From Alphaproteobacteria bacterium (GTDB taxonomy: Bacteria; Pseudomonadota; Alphaproteobacteria; JAAXGF01), in the NCBI GenBank assembly GCA_963555825.3, contig CAUVXB020000002.1:1728001-1792000 (forward strand): a DNA stretch of 64,000 bases, read 5' to 3'. Each line of letters starts with the position of its first letter. The stretch's first letter is position 1. The notes beneath the pieces are model-generated. The model was not told the origin of the DNA. It ran no database searches and saw nothing but the letters and a program-made list of their open reading frames with translations. The translations under genes were made by a program, and so were the position numbers. Below are positions 62,884-64,000 of this stretch, one piece after another.

Positions 62884-64000
62884 CTAATCGGCCTGCTCGA
62901 GCGAGGCGGCAGCCGGCGCGCGGCGCTCGGGCGGCAGGAACAGGGCGGCGACCGCGACGACCAGCGCCATGGTGCCGAGGATCGTGAACAGCAGCGCGAA
63001 ATCGCCGGTGCGCGCGTGGATCAGCGCGACCATCGGTATGGCGAGCGCGGCGACGCCGAGCGCGATGACGAACTTGGCGCCGTAGATCGTCGCGCGCCAG
63101 GCGACCGGCGTGTGGCGCGCCACCACGACCTCGCTCACCGGCAGGGCGCCGACGTTGAGGAAGACGAAGACAATGGCGATCAACATCAACGGCAGGTCGA
63201 AGAGATCGGCGGCGAGGAACAGGAGCGGCGCCTGCAACAAAAAGATGATCGAGAACAGCGGCTTCAGCGGATATCGGTCGACCAGATGGCCGACGGCGAT
63301 CTGCGCAAAGCCGGCCACCGCGTAGACGATCGAGACCATGAGGCCGATCCCCAGCGTACCCGTTACCAGCCCGGTGAGGCGGATGTCGAACACCTTGGGC
63401 AGGCCGATCGTCATCGACTGGAAGATCATCCCGCCACACAGCGAGGTCACCGCGATGACGCACATCATTCGGATCGTGTCGGCGCGCGCCGGTTCGGCCT
63501 GCGCGACGCGGTCTTCGGCCTGGGTCGCCATAGCGCCTGAGCGCGCGAATAGCGCGAAGGCGACGCCGGTGGCGACGGCGACGGCGCCGGGCAGGATGAA
63601 GGCGGCGCGCCAACTGACCAGGTCGGTCAGCGCGCCGGCGATCAGCGCCGCGGCGGCAACGCCGAGATTGCCGAACAGGCCGTTGACGCCGATCGCCTTG
63701 CCGCGCCGCGCCGCGTGGCGCACGACCCAGGCGGTGCCAACCGGATGGTAGATCGAGGCGAACACGCCGATCAACGTCAGCCCGACGCCGATGCCCAAGG
63801 GCGATTGGGCGAGGCCGGTGAGGATCGACGCGCCGCCGGTGCCGATGAAGAACACCGTCAGCATGCCCATGGCCGACCAGCGGTCGCTCAGCCAGCCGGC
63901 CGGCAAGGCGCACACCCCGAAGGCGATGAAGCCGGGCAGCGAGTACGGCAAGAGCTCGCCGTACGGCAGGTCGAAGACGCCCTCGAGCGCCACCACCACG
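62884..64000 (-). CDS. MFS transporter (5' end outside the window)
   Basis: GWLSDRW and GHLVDRY loops, ASIYHPVG and many TM helices. Confidence 0.9.
   Translation of the reverse strand, partial: VVVALEGVFDLPYGELLPYSLPGFIAFGVCALPAGWLSDRWSAMGMLTVFFIGTGGASILTGLAQSPLGIGVGLTLIGVFASIYHPVGTAWVVRHAARRGKAIGVNGLFGNLGVAAAALIAGALTDLVSWRAAFILPGAVAVATGVAFALFARSGAMATQAEDRVAQAEPARADTIRMMCVIAVTSLCGGMIFQSMTIGLPKVFDIRLTGLVTGTLGIGLMVSIVYAVAGFAQIAVGHLVDRYPLKPLFSIIFLLQAPLLFLAADLFDLPLMLIAIVFVFLNVGALPVSEVVVARHTPVAWRATIYGAKFVIALGVAALAIPMVALIHARTGDFALLFTILGTMALVVAVAALFLPPERRAPAAASLEQAD

Overview
High-GC alphaproteobacterial-looking DNA (inferred from codon bias and the yggT-DUF167-folD, rlmN-ialB and DUF1127-gcvA gene order) in two parts. 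(1) 1-42.7 kb is a heavily IS-invaded accessory region that ends at the 3' end of tRNA-Ala(CGC). It holds five IS630, two IS256, one IS1380, two IS1182-like elements and one IS21, plus remnants of ISKra4, IS6 and a group II intron. Several elements are nested, and most boundaries and target duplications can be read from the sequence. Removing the elements in silico restores a secreted-protein operon (HExxH protein, 298-aa exported partner, 1198-aa Ig/LVIVD protein) and an acdS-ureohydrolase-Ldh_2 operon. The region also has a cupin plus two-subunit flavin amine oxidase, a TcuA-like gene, a Cys/Asp-rich secreted protein and a type II secretion cluster truncated in gspF. (2) 42.8-64 kb is mostly core genes with no intact IS (folD, argG, rlmN, queF, amidase, asparaginase, gcvA-like). 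It contains a small defence patch (hicBA, AbiJ-like, HEPN gene with attC-like flanks) and several families of small intergenic repeats. Best novelty candidates: a twice-present 'GYHV ORF end + hairpin + terminator' module with identical spacing; an IS6-adapted group II intron; an IS1380 one-ended transposition unit; the acdS operon context; and a modular repeat with a variable 20-bp array. All family assignments come from motif recognition by eye, not database searches.
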